Shown: positions 33,946 through 47,280, counted from the first letter of the stretch. The stretch is DNA of 64,000 nucleotides from Elsinoe ampelina (GCA_010093995.1 ML992504.1:806001-870000); one strand, 5' to 3'. Numbers and translations are program-made. Notes: a model not told the origin generated them from the letters alone.

Positions 33946-34779
33946 ATGTCGGCTATTGGTCCAGCACTTCCGCCACACTTGCTGGCGAAGAGAAAGCGAC
34001 AACAGGAGGAGGACGATACGGATGCAGGCACTGGAGGTCCCGGCGCAAAGCGGCCGAAAAGTCCAGAGCAGAAGAGCTCACGGCAGATTGGTCCTGCTGC
34101 CCCACCTGCACCACTCGATCAGCGTCCAGCAGAACCGGCCAATGCGGACAGCGGAGATGATAGCAGTGACGATGACGACGATTTTGGACCATCGTTACCC
34201 ACTGGTGACGGAGCGAATAGCACGGTGTCGGCACGACCAGCAGAAGCTCAAGCACCTCTACGGTCGGAGGGATCACGAGAGCAAGCTTCAGCGACCTCAA
34301 GAAGAGACGAGTGGATGATGGTTCCTCCAAAGCAAGACGATCTCTCAGCTAGGATGGATCCTACAAAGCTCAGAGCGAGAGGCTTCAATACGGGCAAAGG
34401 CGCTAAAGGGTCCACTGGACCTGGAGGAGACAACGATACATGGACGGAAACCCCAGAGCAGAAACGGCAACGTCTCGAGAATCAAGTCATGGGCGTGAAG
34501 AAATCCACAGATCCCATAAGATCAGACAAACGAGAAGAAGCAAGACGGCGAGAGGAGAAGGAGAAGGCGGCCAAGATAAAGGAAGCTCGAGGTGGCAGTC
34601 TATACGATCAGCACCAGAAGAGAGCAGACGTAGAGCAGGATGATGATCCGAGCCAGCGGGCATTTGACAGGGAAAAGGACATGTCTACTGGGATGAAGAT
34701 AGGTGGCAAGCAGAAGAAGGAGTTGCTAAGCAAGGCTTCGAATTTCGGGTCAAAGTTCGCGAGCGGTAGTTTCTTATAA
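33946..34779 (+). CDS. GPALPP-motif / DUF3752 protein
   Basis: IGPALPP, IGPAAPP, FGPSLP motifs; RDEWMMVPP, WTETPEQK, RAFDREKDM and C-terminal FASGSFL. Confidence 0.85.
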   Translation: MSAIGPALPPHLLAKRKRQQEEDDTDAGTGGPGAKRPKSPEQKSSRQIGPAAPPAPLDQRPAEPANADSGDDSSDDDDDFGPSLPTGDGANSTVSARPAEAQAPLRSEGSREQASATSRRDEWMMVPPKQDDLSARMDPTKLRARGFNTGKGAKGSTGPGGDNDTWTETPEQKRQRLENQVMGVKKSTDPIRSDKREEARRREEKEKAAKIKEARGGSLYDQHQKRADVEQDDDPSQRAFDREKDMSTGMKIGGKQKKELLSKASNFGSKFASGSFL

Positions 34780-35413
34780 GCAGAAGTCATCGACCTCCAG
34801 CGAACTTGCTGTTTGGCGTATCAAAGCAGACCCTGGTCATGATCAAGTATCGTTGGTGAAGCGAAACAGTCGCTGTAGCCACGTCTTTCGCGATCCCTTC
34901 GTGGGCTGCATGAATACCATTCGAATGGTCGCAGGAAGTCGTCATAATCGTTGACTGTTATGATTGACAGACATCGCTCATGCCTAGATGGTTGTCGCTT
35001 GCCATGTGATCCGAGACATTTACTGTGGTGAAATCGATAGATGACAAGACAGACAGCTGGAGCATTCTCGCTAGCGGCTCCGATTGGCCGTGCAGCGCCA
35101 CACGGTTTGGCATCCGCGTGGGCTTTTCTCCACTTGGCGTCCATTCGCTGAAAGTCCGAATGTCCGCGAGTTCAGTGCCACCCGTTTGTCGTTCCCAAGA
35201 TCGTCCATACACAAATCCTCATCTCCCCCCTTCAGCGGTCAATCACCGGTCGGGGGACGCATCCCTTACATCTACAGCATCCTCTATCTCCGAATATCCT
35301 CTTGACACCTCTTCCGCCAGGTATCACCTTGTACCTCACCGTCACTGTCACCGACCGGCTGCAATCGCCATTGCATCACCCGATCTTTCCAAGCGCTTCC
35401 TAATACATCCGCC

Positions 35414-35973
35414 ATGTCGCCCCTCTCAAAACGCCAGTGTACCACCTTCGACGATGACGGAGACTGCTATGAATCATGGTGGTGGTCAGACGTATGTTTC
35501 TCCTCCCTCCCCAAACATACAATCACTAACAACAAACCCAGGCCGGCCTCGCAGTCCGATACGCAGTCGTCGTCATCTTCTTCCTCTTCATCATCGGCTT
35601 CCTCACCTTCTCCTACCTCCATGCCCAACGACGTCTCAGAAAGGGTCTACCGCCTCTAGGCTACCACCGATGGCTCGTCTCTCGCCGTCACCACCCACGC
35701 TACAATTATGAGAACCAGAACGCCTACTACCAAGGCACGAACTACGGTGGACAAGCGTACGGCATGCAGAACTATCAGCCTCCTCCGCCGGCGTACAATA
35801 CGTGGGACGCGCCGCCTCAGTACCAGCCACCTGTCGGACGAAGCAAGGCTCTTGCGAACCAGAATCTGGGTCCAGAGAGAGGAGACGGGCAAGGCAGCAG
35901 TTCGGTGCAGGAAGTTGGGGTCCAGAGACCTGCTGCGGCGCATCCAGGACCGCAGACGACGAGGGACGTGTAA
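35414..35973 (+). CDS. Rcr1-like single-pass membrane protein with PY motifs (probable Rsp5 adaptor); intron 35492-35541
   Basis: Spliced MSPLSKRQC...CYESWWWSD|AGLAVRYAVVVIFFLFIIGFLTFSYLHAQRRLRKGLPPLGYHRWL...PPPPAY...PPQY; intron GTATGT...ACTAAC...CAG. Confidence 0.8.
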
Positions 35974-36648
35974 AGAAAGTCGTAGGAGAAGTCCGAGAGA
36001 AAAGAGGGACGATATATATACCTGGAAACCTGCATCATGGATTGACTCGATGGAACTGGACTAGCGATTGACAACTGTTCTCAAGGCAGAATGTAATACC
36101 AGGGAGCAGGGCGCATGGAGTAATGACACAAGCATTCGTTACAGTAGATACCACTAGGCATGAATCTCATAGCATCGTTTCTCCTAGTGTTCCCAACCTA
36201 GGATTTGTATATTTACAGCTCACAACGCCCGACTATCTCTTGAACAAGTGTGTATGCCCAACGATCCTTGCACAAATACCCTCCATGAGCAAGTCGTCTG
36301 CTTTCTGCCCGCCATGTTTGCAAATATCATGACCGTCGCTGCTCAATCTAAGCCTGACCTTTGTACGCGCTGGTGGCCGAATCCGCCTCAGTTCCACAGA
36401 CATTTGCCGGACACACCGTGCTGGTACTAGCACATTCCTAGCATCATCCAAAATCCGGGCGGTAGTGTAAACACTCCGTTCTTGGTCTGCAGTACAGCCA
36501 TCCGGCCATCTGCTTCAGTGACCACATCGCCTCCAGCCCCAACCCATGATCCCATTCTCGGACGCGATAAGGAGGCCTTCCTGATCCTCGCCACACTCTC
36601 CCCTTTATCCCTCACTGCTCCGCACTGTCAGACCCCCGTCCTACGTCC

Positions 36649-37260
36649 TCAAACACAAGTACTCAACATCCTCCTCACCACCCCGACCAACGTCCCATTC
36701 TCCATCGCAGCCGCCACCCTCTCCTTATCCCCCAACTGCTTGTTCACCGCCTCCCCCGTACTATGCGTCCCCTCCTTGATCCTCACATCCACCCTGAACC
36801 GCGGCGGCAAACTCTGCTCCAACCTCACCCTCACCCCGAGCCCAATCACGGTCGCAAGACTGCAGTGGGTGATCGTGGGTGTGATGAGCACCGTCACCGT
36901 GGAGATGCGGCTGTTGGGTGACGAGGGGGGGGTGATGGTTATGTCGGAGAGGTTGACGACGGCGAGGGAGCCGAGGGAGAGGGGATGTTCCGGGTCGGAG
37001 ATGGTGGAGATGAGGTCGTAGATTTCGAGGGGGTCGATGGGTTCGGTTGTGTCGGGGGAGGGGGAGGGGGAGGAGGTGGACGGCGAGGGAGGGGATGATG
37101 GGGAGGAGAAGTAGCCTTCGTCCAGGGAGGGGGGGAGGAGAGAGGAGAAGAGGGAGAGGGTGCCGGGTTTGGTGGAGGGGGTGGTAGAGGGGCGGCGGCG
37201 GGTGGGGAGGTCGGAGGGGTTGAGGATTTGTGGGAGTGGATTGTCTTTTGGATCGTCCAT
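36649..37260 (-). CDS. CIA2: MIP18/FAM96 family cytosolic Fe-S assembly component
   Basis: EIYDLISTISDPEHPLSLGSLAVV, ITPTITHCSLATVIGL, VNKQLGDKERVAAAMEN. Confidence 0.93.
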   Translation of the reverse strand: MDDPKDNPLPQILNPSDLPTRRRPSTTPSTKPGTLSLFSSLLPPSLDEGYFSSPSSPPSPSTSSPSPSPDTTEPIDPLEIYDLISTISDPEHPLSLGSLAVVNLSDITITPPSSPNSRISTVTVLITPTITHCSLATVIGLGVRVRLEQSLPPRFRVDVRIKEGTHSTGEAVNKQLGDKERVAAAMENGTLVGVVRRMLSTCV

Positions 37261-37549
37261 TTTGGAGGGATTACAGGTTCAAGGTTGTTGCGAATGTTTG
37301 GTGTGAGAAATGGGAGGATGATGTTGAGACTGTGGTGAGGTGAATTAATCTTGGAGGGGCTACCGCGACCGGAGTGGGGCTGACTGAGCAATCAATTTTG
37401 GAGCGCGTACCATTGGACGAGCGCAGTACGGGCATTTCCAGTTTCTCTGCAATGACAATTGATTGCATGGTACGGCATGATTTTGAAGTGTGTCAGATAT
37501 GAATATTTTGTGACTATACGTCCTCCTCTACTACATGATATTACACAAC

Positions 37550-39601
37550 CTATGCCGACTCAGTACCGTTTGTGGTAGGTGGCGTGAACAACGTCCTCTG
37601 GTCAGTGACGACCAGGCCAGCGATGGACGCAGAAGAAAGTGTCGAGAAAATGCCGGAGATGAGCGCAGAGATGGCAACACGAGCGACATCACCGCCACGG
37701 CTGGGAGAGATTTGAGAAAGTACACCGATCTGGGTACCGAGCGAGCCAAGATTACCGAAACCGCAAAGAGCGTAGGTGGCGATGAGACGGGAGCGGTCGG
37801 AGAGACCAGCGTACTCGGGGTCAGAGGTAAGGGCAGCGTATGCGACGAACTCGTTCTGTTGCGAATTAGTACTTGTTCTTGAATTTGAAACGCGTCAATG
37901 CTTACCTGGATGATCTTGTCACCGATGAGACGGGCGACACGAATGAGATCGTCACGGCCGTCAGCACCAGTGCGGCTTACACCCAAGAGCCATGCAACTG
38001 GGTAGAGAACGTAGCCAAGGACGAGCTGAAGAGTGAGGTCGTACTGGCCATCCAGGTTGAGGTAACGACCCCACCAAGTGAGGAAAGAGTTGATGAGAGC
38101 GACAAGCGCGATAATGCAGAGAAGAGTGGCGACGATCATACCAGCAATCTTGATACCGAGCCAGGCACCGTTGGCGAAAGCGTGAATGACGTTGGATGCC
38201 TCGTGCTCGTCATCATCGGGAACAACGACACGGCCGGCAGTCAAGGTCTCCTCCTCCTCGGGATATCGCAACTTGGACATGGCGAGGGAAGCAGGGATGG
38301 ACATGACGCACGAGGAAATGAGAGCTTGTGGGTTGACACCGAGAGAGATGTAAGCGACCAAGACGGATCCAGCGATAGTGGCAAAACCAGATGTCATGAC
38401 CTGGTGAATCTCGGCCCTGGTAAGGTGGGGCACGAAAGGCTTGATCAACATAGCAGACTCGCCCTGTCCAATGAAGGGAGTAGCGGCAGCCACGACAGCC
38501 TCAGCACCAGAGACCTTGAGGGACCAGTAGAAGAAGACGGCGAACTTGCCGACGAACCACTGAATGAAGCCCCAGTAGTAGAGGACTTGGACAACGGCGA
38601 CGAAGAAGATGATAGGGGGAATGACACCAGTGAAGAACCAGGGGAGAGATGGAACAGTAGAGTCAGTCAAGAAGATGACACCAGCGTTGGCGGATTTGAG
38701 GAGATCCACAGCACGGTCGGAGATGAAGCGGAAGATGTCAAAACCAACACCAGTCCTGAGCACGAAAAGCGCAACAATGAACTGGATGAGGTATCCGACA
38801 ATGACAGTCTGCCACACAATCTTCTTCCTGTTCCTCGAGGTGGCCCAGAAGCCGAAGATAAAGACAGCCATACCGAAGAGAGAGATACCGCGGTTCTCGC
38901 GAGTGTTGTCCAAGGACTCGGGGGATGCGAAGGCGCCAATGACGATCACAGCAACGACGAGAAGTGCGCCAGCTGGGACACCAAACTTGGGTGGGATAGC
39001 AGATGCAACCTTGGATCCGGTGAAACCCCATACGGCGTAGACAGGCTTTGTGAAGAGCCCGACGGGTACCCAGAGGAAGAAGATGCGAAGCATGCAGCCG
39101 AGCCAGAAGAGGAAGGGGATGACCCAGTTCTTGTCATTCTGAGAATAGGATGAGCATATGCTTTGGGCAACCATGGAAATCGATACTTACTCGGTGCAAG
39201 ACGAGCGAGGCGATCCACCAACCAGTAATGACAGCAGCAAAGAAGGCATGGAAGAACACCCTGTATTTCCTGTAGAAGAGTCCAACCTTGCCAGGCTTCT
39301 TCTTCTCCTCCTCTTCGGGGTGTGGGCTACCGGCGCTCTTCTCATCGTACCTCAGACCTCCCTTCTCGATATCGTCGACAGAGCTGTTGTCGCCGGCGAC
39401 ATTCCTGCGGTGAAGGCTATTGTTGTCCTGGTGAGGGATGATACTCGGGTCCTGAGTAGTTCCCTTGCTGTATGTCAGGTCATGGTCCTTCGCAGCGGCA
39501 CCACCGTGGTGGAGATGCTCGTGCTGATGCTCCCTGGAGACGTCCAATGCCGGATCAGGGTTGGACACGACGTCCTCTTGAGCTGATGCGTTATGGGACA
39601 T
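37550..39601 (-). CDS. CNT: Concentrative nucleoside transporter (CNT/SLC28 family), two introns
   Basis: Many TM segments; SGAEAVVAAATPFIGQGES, HQVMTSGFATIAGSV, KIIQ|NEFVAY, YALCGFGNLGSLGTQIG. Confidence 0.92.
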
Positions 39602-41445
39602 GGTGAATTAGTTGTCCTCCCACCACCCAGTTGGTGAACTACCAGTAGAGGATATAAATGAAACGGAGGAGTAGCGTGCAGATCGGAGAGCAAAGTGCGA
39701 AACCCCACCTTTTAGTACCGAAGTGAAGTCGCGTGTTCAAACACAAGAAACTTATCAGCATGGCCACACAGGAGCTGTCTTATCGCGCGAGATCGACGGC
39801 GGAAGCCATTAGCGTCCCTCGGCGCGTGGTTGGAGTGTGGCATTTCTCGGTCGAGACGGATCGGCGAGGGCATGTCGAGGAAGACAACCAACGCCCTGCG
39901 GCCAATTGCGAGCTCAAAATTGTGCATTGATGTGCGGAGAGAATGCAAAAGGTTTGGCCATCGATAAGCGGATCCGGCGGCGAAAGGGCAAAGACGCTCT
40001 CGGGGGTCCCGTCAGCTGCCTTCTTGGGTTACTCAAAATGGTGTAGCCCTTCTTGGCACGAGCCTCAGGGTCCGCCTTCACGGCCTTCGATTCGTTCCAT
40101 GCAGAGAGCCAGAATGCAAGAGCGGCTCGTGGTTGGCTGAGCGGTATCAATTGACTTCTGCCAGCAATCAATGCTGACCGTGCTGGTGATCCCGGGAGAT
40201 TGGAAGCCGTAGGCGAGCCCCGACATCATCTCTTAACCTTTCGCGTGGAAGCGGAGAATGTTTGATGCAAATCACGATGGGAATGAGGGGATCCGTCTGT
40301 GCTATATTCGTGTGAACTCCAGGACGATGCCATGAACCTGTGGAGTGACTAAGATGCTCTTGAGGTGCATGAATACGAAGGTATGGCATCGATTCGGGAC
40401 GAACTCCATGATCACTCATCGGACTTTGATATCTCCGGGTGGAGCCGTTTGTGGAAACAGATCTCAGGGTGCGAATGTCGGAACCATATCAAAGCGCGGC
40501 CACATGCGAAATTTCATCTTTATCTCGATTGTGAGACCTGAAGAGTAGTCAGGGGCAAGCCAGCCATTTGCATGGCATGATCTTGAGCTCCAACTATCAG
40601 GCCCTAACTAGCGGCGATATGCGCCTTGTGCTTAGGTCGCCCTTACTCCGAGAATGGACGCGGTTTCACGGCAATTGATATCTACGTTTGATGGTTTCGA
40701 GATGCGAGCAAGTCCCTGTTGATTGAAGGGAGCGAAGCAAATCGTCTCCCGAGTCTTCCTGGATGGTCAATGGTATACCGTGTTCGCAAGGCTTGCGTTT
40801 TGCCATGAAGACTGTATTTCGTTAGCGTCAAATATCACACAGCAGTGCCTGGAAATGAGTGTGGCGACAGCAGTGTCAGTCTCCCTGTTCTAAGCAGCGA
40901 CAGTCACGGATCGTGAAAGGTATATGACGATACCAACTGTACCTTTTCCGGCTCTTCCTAGGCTAATTGGGTGATGGAATTCATCTTTTGATTCAGTAGA
41001 AGGGACACGAATAGGTACTGACCATGAGAGTAGCGCAGCTAGCTTGTGACTGCGAGACAAATCGATGTCGCTGGGTGCAGAATGCAAATGATGTTCAAGG
41101 AAGCGCCAGAAATTTTGCGCACATGTCAGATCAAAAATTTTTGAGCCGCACGGAAACAGAATCTGGGGAAAGTATCCGGCGCAACCCTGAAGCCACGTTT
41201 TGACAACGTCAGGGCAGTCTATTGATTTGTCCATGATGAAGGCAGCGGAATGTTTGCAACACTCTGTCCTCATAAGTTATTCAGCAATAACCCTCCTACG
41301 ATATACACTTCCAGCACATCACCTCTCGCTGCACCGCCTTGTTCATCACTCCGAAGCAGATGAGCTTTTCATGTCCGTTTGCGACTTGACCGGCGGATTT
41401 GTCAGTTGCCAGACTCGATAGCACACGATCTTGTCAAGATTCGAC

Positions 41446-43311
41446 ATGAAGTTGCCAGATGGTCTCTTGGTTCTTATACTCGCCTTCACAACAACATCCT
41501 CCGCCTCCCTCGACCAACCACAGGTGCATCCCACCAAATCATACGCCCGGGCCGCGGATGTCTGCGCGTACGAGCCAAAGGCAAAGGTCGCCGATGCCTG
41601 CGCCTCCTACGCATACCTCGACGACTTGAATGATCTCGTTCATGGATACGTTTCCAAGCTGGTCACCAAGACCGACTTCTTCTCATACTACCGTCTGAAT
41701 CTCTATAACAAAAAGTGTCCTTTCTGGTCAGACGAGAACGGCCTCTGTGGAAATATTGCTTGTGCTGTAACGACGCTAGAAAACGAGGAGGACGTTCCGA
41801 AGATATGGAGAGCTGCAGAGTTGAGCAAACTCGAGGGACCAAAAGCACATCATCCTGGAAAGAAAGAGCAAAAGGCACATCCACAGAAACCACTACAAGG
41901 CGAGCTAGGAGCAAACGTTGGCGAGAGCTGCGTGGTCGAATATGATGACGAATGCGACGAGAGAGACTACTGCGTGCCAGAGGATGAGCGAGCGTCGGCA
42001 AAGGGCGACTACGTGAGTCTAGTGGACAATCCGGAAAGGTTCACAGGTTATGCTGGACCTGGAGCACGTCAAGTCTGGGATGCTATATATCGCGAGAATT
42101 GTTTCTCAAAGCCTTCAGCTGGCGCTAAAAGTGCCAACATCGGTGGGTCTTTCCCAGCCTTTGGTGGTCTGTCTGGACAGCCAGCCAAGGCTGCTATGGA
42201 TTTGCGCGCGGTCATGAAAGATCATGGTCGCCAGCAAGCCATGCAGACTGGTTCCATCGAAGATCAGATGGAGTTTGACGACGAGTGTATCGAGAAGCGG
42301 GTCTTCTATCGTGTCATTTCTGGGATGCACGCTTCGATATCGACTCACCTCTGTCATGACTACCTCAACCAAACGACTGGAAAGTGGGGACCCAATCTGC
42401 AGTGTTACAAGGAGAGACTGCACAAATATCCGGAGCGTATCTCAAATCTCTACTTCAACTACGCGCTGTTGCTTAGAGCCGTTGGCAAATTGAAAGATCA
42501 CATCTCCCACTACACCTTCTGCACAGGCGATCCAGCCGAAGATCAGAGGACCAAACAGATGGTCTCCGGACTTGCTAAAGCACTGCCTGGAGGACCCGAG
42601 CTGTTCGATGAGAGTATCCTCTTCCAGGAGAATCCAGCCGTTGGTGGCATTACGCTCAAGGAGGACTTTCGCAACCGATTCAGGAATATCAGCCGGATCA
42701 TGGACTGCGTCGGATGTGACAAGTGCCGATTATGGGGCAAGCTTCAAACGGCCGGCTATGGCACGGCGTTGAAAGTGCTCTTTGAGATGGGTAACAATGA
42801 CTCTCACGACGGCGAACCTCTTTTGAGACGTACCGAACTCGTGGCTCTTATGAACACCCTGGATAAGGTCAGCCACGCATTGAAGGCTATTGAGCATTTC
42901 CGCCAGATGATGGTGGACGAACGCATGGGCGCCCCGAAGGCAGCAGCTGCAGTCTTGTCCGACGACATTCCATCGAAAGAGACACAGGTTGCTACTTCGA
43001 GATTAAAACCAAAGCCAAAGCCAAAACTTAAACCGCTGGTGATTACCGCGGACACTCCAGTCATGGACATATTTTGGCATGAATGGTCCCGAGTGTGGAA
43101 CGCTTTTGGAATCGTCCTCGGTAGCTGGCTGAGCCTACCTAGCAAATTGTACGTTGTAGTCTATCCGGCACATCACATATTCATTGACTGACTCTGTTAC
43201 AGATGGCAGATCTCTCTCGAGGAAATAGCACGGCTATGGAATACCTTTGTCGGTCTGCCGGTCGGACCACGACAATGGGAATTCTCATGGCCCAACCTAG
43301 ACGAACTCTGA
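41446..43311 (+). CDS. ERO1: Endoplasmic reticulum oxidoreductin 1; intron 43149-43202
   Basis: Signal peptide; CPFWSDENGLCGNIAC, NPERFTGY, WDAIYRENCF, ISGMHASIS, MDCVGCDKCRLWGK; spliced C-terminus ...PNLDEL*. Confidence 0.95.
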
Positions 43312-44720
43312 GAGAGACGTTGATGCAAGAGTAGGGATTAAGCATTGCGACAGTTTCATCGTCTTCCGGAGCATAGCGGCGGCGCGTGGCGATGCTTGAG
43401 TATTCGGCAGTGAAACGGTGACGGGCACACCGTTCGGGACCGAGACAAAGGGGCGAGCGAACCTTTGGTTATACAGGAATAGATGTCTGATTCACTTGTA
43501 CATATGACATATGTCAATAAGAGAGAATGATTCCGAGTGATCGATCCGCGGTATGAGAATGCATGGCAGATGTCAGACCCTAAGGAAAGTGTGGTTGAGT
43601 TGTCTGGTTGCGTTTTCGTCATGACACCCCCTGCAGCACTGCATGCGATGCTCGATCGTTGGCCCATCGGAACCCACACACCACTCGAAAAAGACCAGAA
43701 GAGGGTTCATCAACATTTTCCGGCAGATCCGCATTGAAAGGGCCCTGGACGCACAAGCAGACTGTTCTTTGGCTCGTCGTCATCTGTGCCCTTGTACCCT
43801 CAAATGTCTGTTTGATCATGACTGGTTGTCAATTTCAAGGACTAATTCTGAAAAAGAACAAAACCTCCGACAATATCCATGTCAAGCGAAAAAGCAGACA
43901 CAACCTGTCACACGCCGGACCACTCACGACCACACCACATCCTCTGTGCTTGTCTGCGGGAGTACTGTGCCTGCAGATCAAGAATTTTCCTTGTGCACTT
44001 GTCAAGTCGAAACACGGCCACTAGCAAGCGCGCCAATCAGCTCTCTGTATCCAAAGCCCCCTTGTCAATCGGAGTGGGCGCTAGTTCCGACAGGCTCGAG
44101 ACACTTTCTCAGTCAAACTCCCCCTAAACGCAACAAGGTCTGCCCGCCCGGGACAGTTGAAACGACACCTGCCCGCCCGCGACGTTTCGATCTCCCTCAA
44201 CTCCCTCTCTCCTTGACGCTCCTTGTCTTCGGTCAGCGCGTACATTGCGTTACATCTTGTCACTCATTCCAGTCGTTCTCTCATCAAAAAGACGGTCATT
44301 CGTCCGTTACGTTCTCTACAGACGCCGTATTCTTCAATACAATCTCTCAAACGAGGCTACCGTGAGGACTGTGTCCCGGAGCTCATCACACACACAGCTT
44401 TTCTTCGAACCGTCTCAACGTCGCACATCCAGCAGCTTCGATCACCGAAACACATCAACTTTACCGTCGATACCGATCTTTGAACGCGACCCGGTTGTCT
44501 GCTTCGAAGTTATTCCGATCTCTACAGATTCCGATCCACCAACACGCTTTTCACAACCAGGCTAGAAATCCAGCTGCAGTTTCACACCAAGCGCTTGACA
44601 TCACCGAGCCTGACGATTTAGCCGTCCTGCTGTCAAGACATCGAGGCTACTGACTCGCCTTGTGAAAAGAAGAAACAATCGATCCAAGGTCCATTTCACA
44701 TAAACTACAATATCAAAAAA

Positions 44721-45575
44721 ATGTCTCTCGCCCGCGCATTGACTACCAGGCGCAAGGAGGAGCCTACTTCCCCTCCAGCATATATCGGACGTGCTGCAAG
44801 CCAGCGCGCACCCAACGCGAAGCCTATCAAGAGGTCTGAGATCTCTCTGCCGGTTAATCTGATCTCGACGACGAACATGCTCTCTTACGAAGCTCCGGAT
44901 ATTGTCGACGCTCCTCACGTCAACCACATGGGAGGTCGCTACTTCCCGTCGAACCAGTCCATCAGCTCCACAAGCCCATCGATCTCTGGTGAAGACAGTG
45001 ACCTGTCTGGCAGCGTCCACTCGCACGACACGGACGCCACTTCTGTCGACATGAGCTCTCCTGATCTTTCCGAGGCCAACCACCTTGACCAGTACTTCAA
45101 GTCATCGAGTGCTCAACGATCTACCAGGTCGACCACATCCAGCCGCGTGTCGCGGTCGACGACTCACTCGTCAAGGCCGTCCATGGATTCCAACTCGCCG
45201 AGGGTGCCATCCCGTGCGCCATCTCACAGCAAAAATGCGCACATGCTGTCACACAAACGCTCCGTCCAGCGCATGGCCACTATCCCATCTGAGGCACACA
45301 CCCGCGACTCGGTCGACATGTTCAACTCACAGGCCATCAACACCAACGGTCCTCTTAGCCATCCCTTTGGTAATGAGCTTGCCCAGCTCAACGAGGCCGC
45401 CGAGGAGTTTGGCTATGCTGTCCGCAACGCAGAGGCCGACGCCGACTCTCAGATTATGCTCTCAAAGGGTCTTGTCAGGTATTGCGCCAACGACTACATG
45501 GACGAGATCTCAAGTCTTTACTCGAATGCATTCGAAGAGGATGCATCAGTCTATCAGCCCATGGTCTGGATCTAG
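44721..45575 (+). CDS. Ser-rich fungal hypothetical protein with an N-terminal CRIB-like segment
   Basis: 284-aa ORF in good start context (AAAAATG) with coding-like codon use; RSEISLPVNLISTTN resembles a partial CRIB motif; HPFGNELAQLNEAAEEF segment. Confidence 0.7.
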   Translation: MSLARALTTRRKEEPTSPPAYIGRAASQRAPNAKPIKRSEISLPVNLISTTNMLSYEAPDIVDAPHVNHMGGRYFPSNQSISSTSPSISGEDSDLSGSVHSHDTDATSVDMSSPDLSEANHLDQYFKSSSAQRSTRSTTSSRVSRSTTHSSRPSMDSNSPRVPSRAPSHSKNAHMLSHKRSVQRMATIPSEAHTRDSVDMFNSQAINTNGPLSHPFGNELAQLNEAAEEFGYAVRNAEADADSQIMLSKGLVRYCANDYMDEISSLYSNAFEEDASVYQPMVWI

Positions 45576-46736
45576 ATATCTGACCATGACTCTGTTACGA
45601 CTTTGATGCATGACCACTTTTCTGGGACAGGATCCCCCTTGATGACCTCTTCTCTTCATATACTTGGTCAGACAAAGCAGTCTGCGACATTTTGGCAAAA
45701 GATGTGCATAGTTCACTTCTATTTACACAGTCACTACGAATTTATGAACCTTCAAAAACCTGACATCGGACCGCAGGTCTGATCGATACAGTACAAACTT
45801 CAACAGACTCGGATCTTGAAGGTTTTGGCACTGTCTCGAGGAGAGTCAGTCCGTCCATTCATTAACGAATGTTTCCTTCATTCTCACACGGACCCGGGCA
45901 GGCGGACAAGGGGTTTTGGTCTGAGCAACGACTTGTTGTCGACTGGAGTTGTAGGACGAATGAAATCATTCATATCATCAATTGCTGTGCATCATTGTTT
46001 GCGCTCGTGTCATGTGCTTGTTGCTTGTCATGAGTGGTCGTCAAGTCCCGTGTCAGATGTTTGCGAAACAGAGGCCAGCGGCTGTCGGCACCGCTGTGTA
46101 TTGAGTCGTTTGGCTCTCGCTTCTTGAGAAGAAAGGTCTACCTGTGTCAGGTATCAGTCAAAAATTCACCCCCGCGCGCCAAGGCCCGTCAAAGTTTACC
46201 TTGATTGTTTATGCTCGACAACACTGTGAAAGACTCTCAACCGCACGACTACAGGGTCTATCGCTCGTCGATCCGGATCATCAAAACTATATTCAAGACT
46301 TTCGATGCTTCTTTTTCCATCCCATCAAAATTGATCCTTCTTCCCGACACAACAGTACAAGCTCTCATCGCTTTCTGCCATCTTACCCGACCCCTCGGTT
46401 GCTACAGGCGATCACCACCACACAGACCTCACTCGAAACTATCAAAGACACCAGGGACGGCACCACTAGCGGATCCACAATTGGCACACTGTCCACTGCG
46501 TCTGTACCCGCAAAGCCTATACAGATAGAGACGGTCAACAAACCACCTCGGCGCGCGCGACCTGTTTTGCAATCGCCTGACCGACTTTGCTTCTTGTCGT
46601 TGCGATTTTACCCCTCTGCCCAGCAAAGCTTCCCGAACGACCGCATTTGAGTCGCGTGAGCTGCGCGATCACTACTGTGGCCACACACCGCACACCTCAA
46701 GGGGATTGAGCAATCAAGAGAAGCAATTCACACACA

Positions 46737-47280
46737 ATGACGACCGTCGGAGACATCGACTTTACACGCCGCAACAAGAAGCCCCGCCCGCTCAGTGAGC
46801 CTGAGAAAGAGCGCCTTGAGGAATTTATCGAGTCCATCCACTATTCTTCCAGGTGAGTTCTATGCGCGGCTTGATGACCCAAACAAGGATGCGACTGGGT
46901 TGTCAGAACGTCATGGTCACGCATCAAGCTCTGATGGCTGCCTTCTCGAGTGTTCATTTGAGACCAAGGAGAAGCTGACCGTGTCCGCCAGATACTCGGA
47001 TGATCACTACGAATATCGTCATGTCCAACTGCCGAAGCAAATGCTCAAGGCGATACCAAAGGACTATTTCGATGGCGCAAGAGGAACGCTGAAGCTGTTG
47101 TGGGAGGAAGAGTGGAGGGCGCTGGGCATCACACAGGTCAGGAACAGCCGTAACACATGCCGCAATTCGAAGCTAACCTTTGATCAGAGTCTAGGATGGG
47201 AACACTACGAGGTCCACGAGCCAGAACCTCACATTCTCCTCTTCAAAAGACCTATCGGCTACCAACCACCCGCGCACTAG
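46737..47280 (+). CDS. CKS1: Cyclin-dependent kinase regulatory subunit; introns 46853-46991 and 47137-47187
   Basis: [21 protein letters not shown]...[33 protein letters not shown]. Confidence 0.97.

Noticed and set aside
37873..39153. 426-aa + strand ORF and similar long antisense ORFs (2192-3034, 9162-9941, 29411-30133, 59153-59776)
   Set aside because: Shadow frames opposite well-supported genes with biased codon use; no recognisable motifs.
41192..41198. GCCACGT upstream of ERO1 as an unfolded-protein-response element
   Set aside because: Plausible but a single short motif; cannot be distinguished from chance without conservation data.
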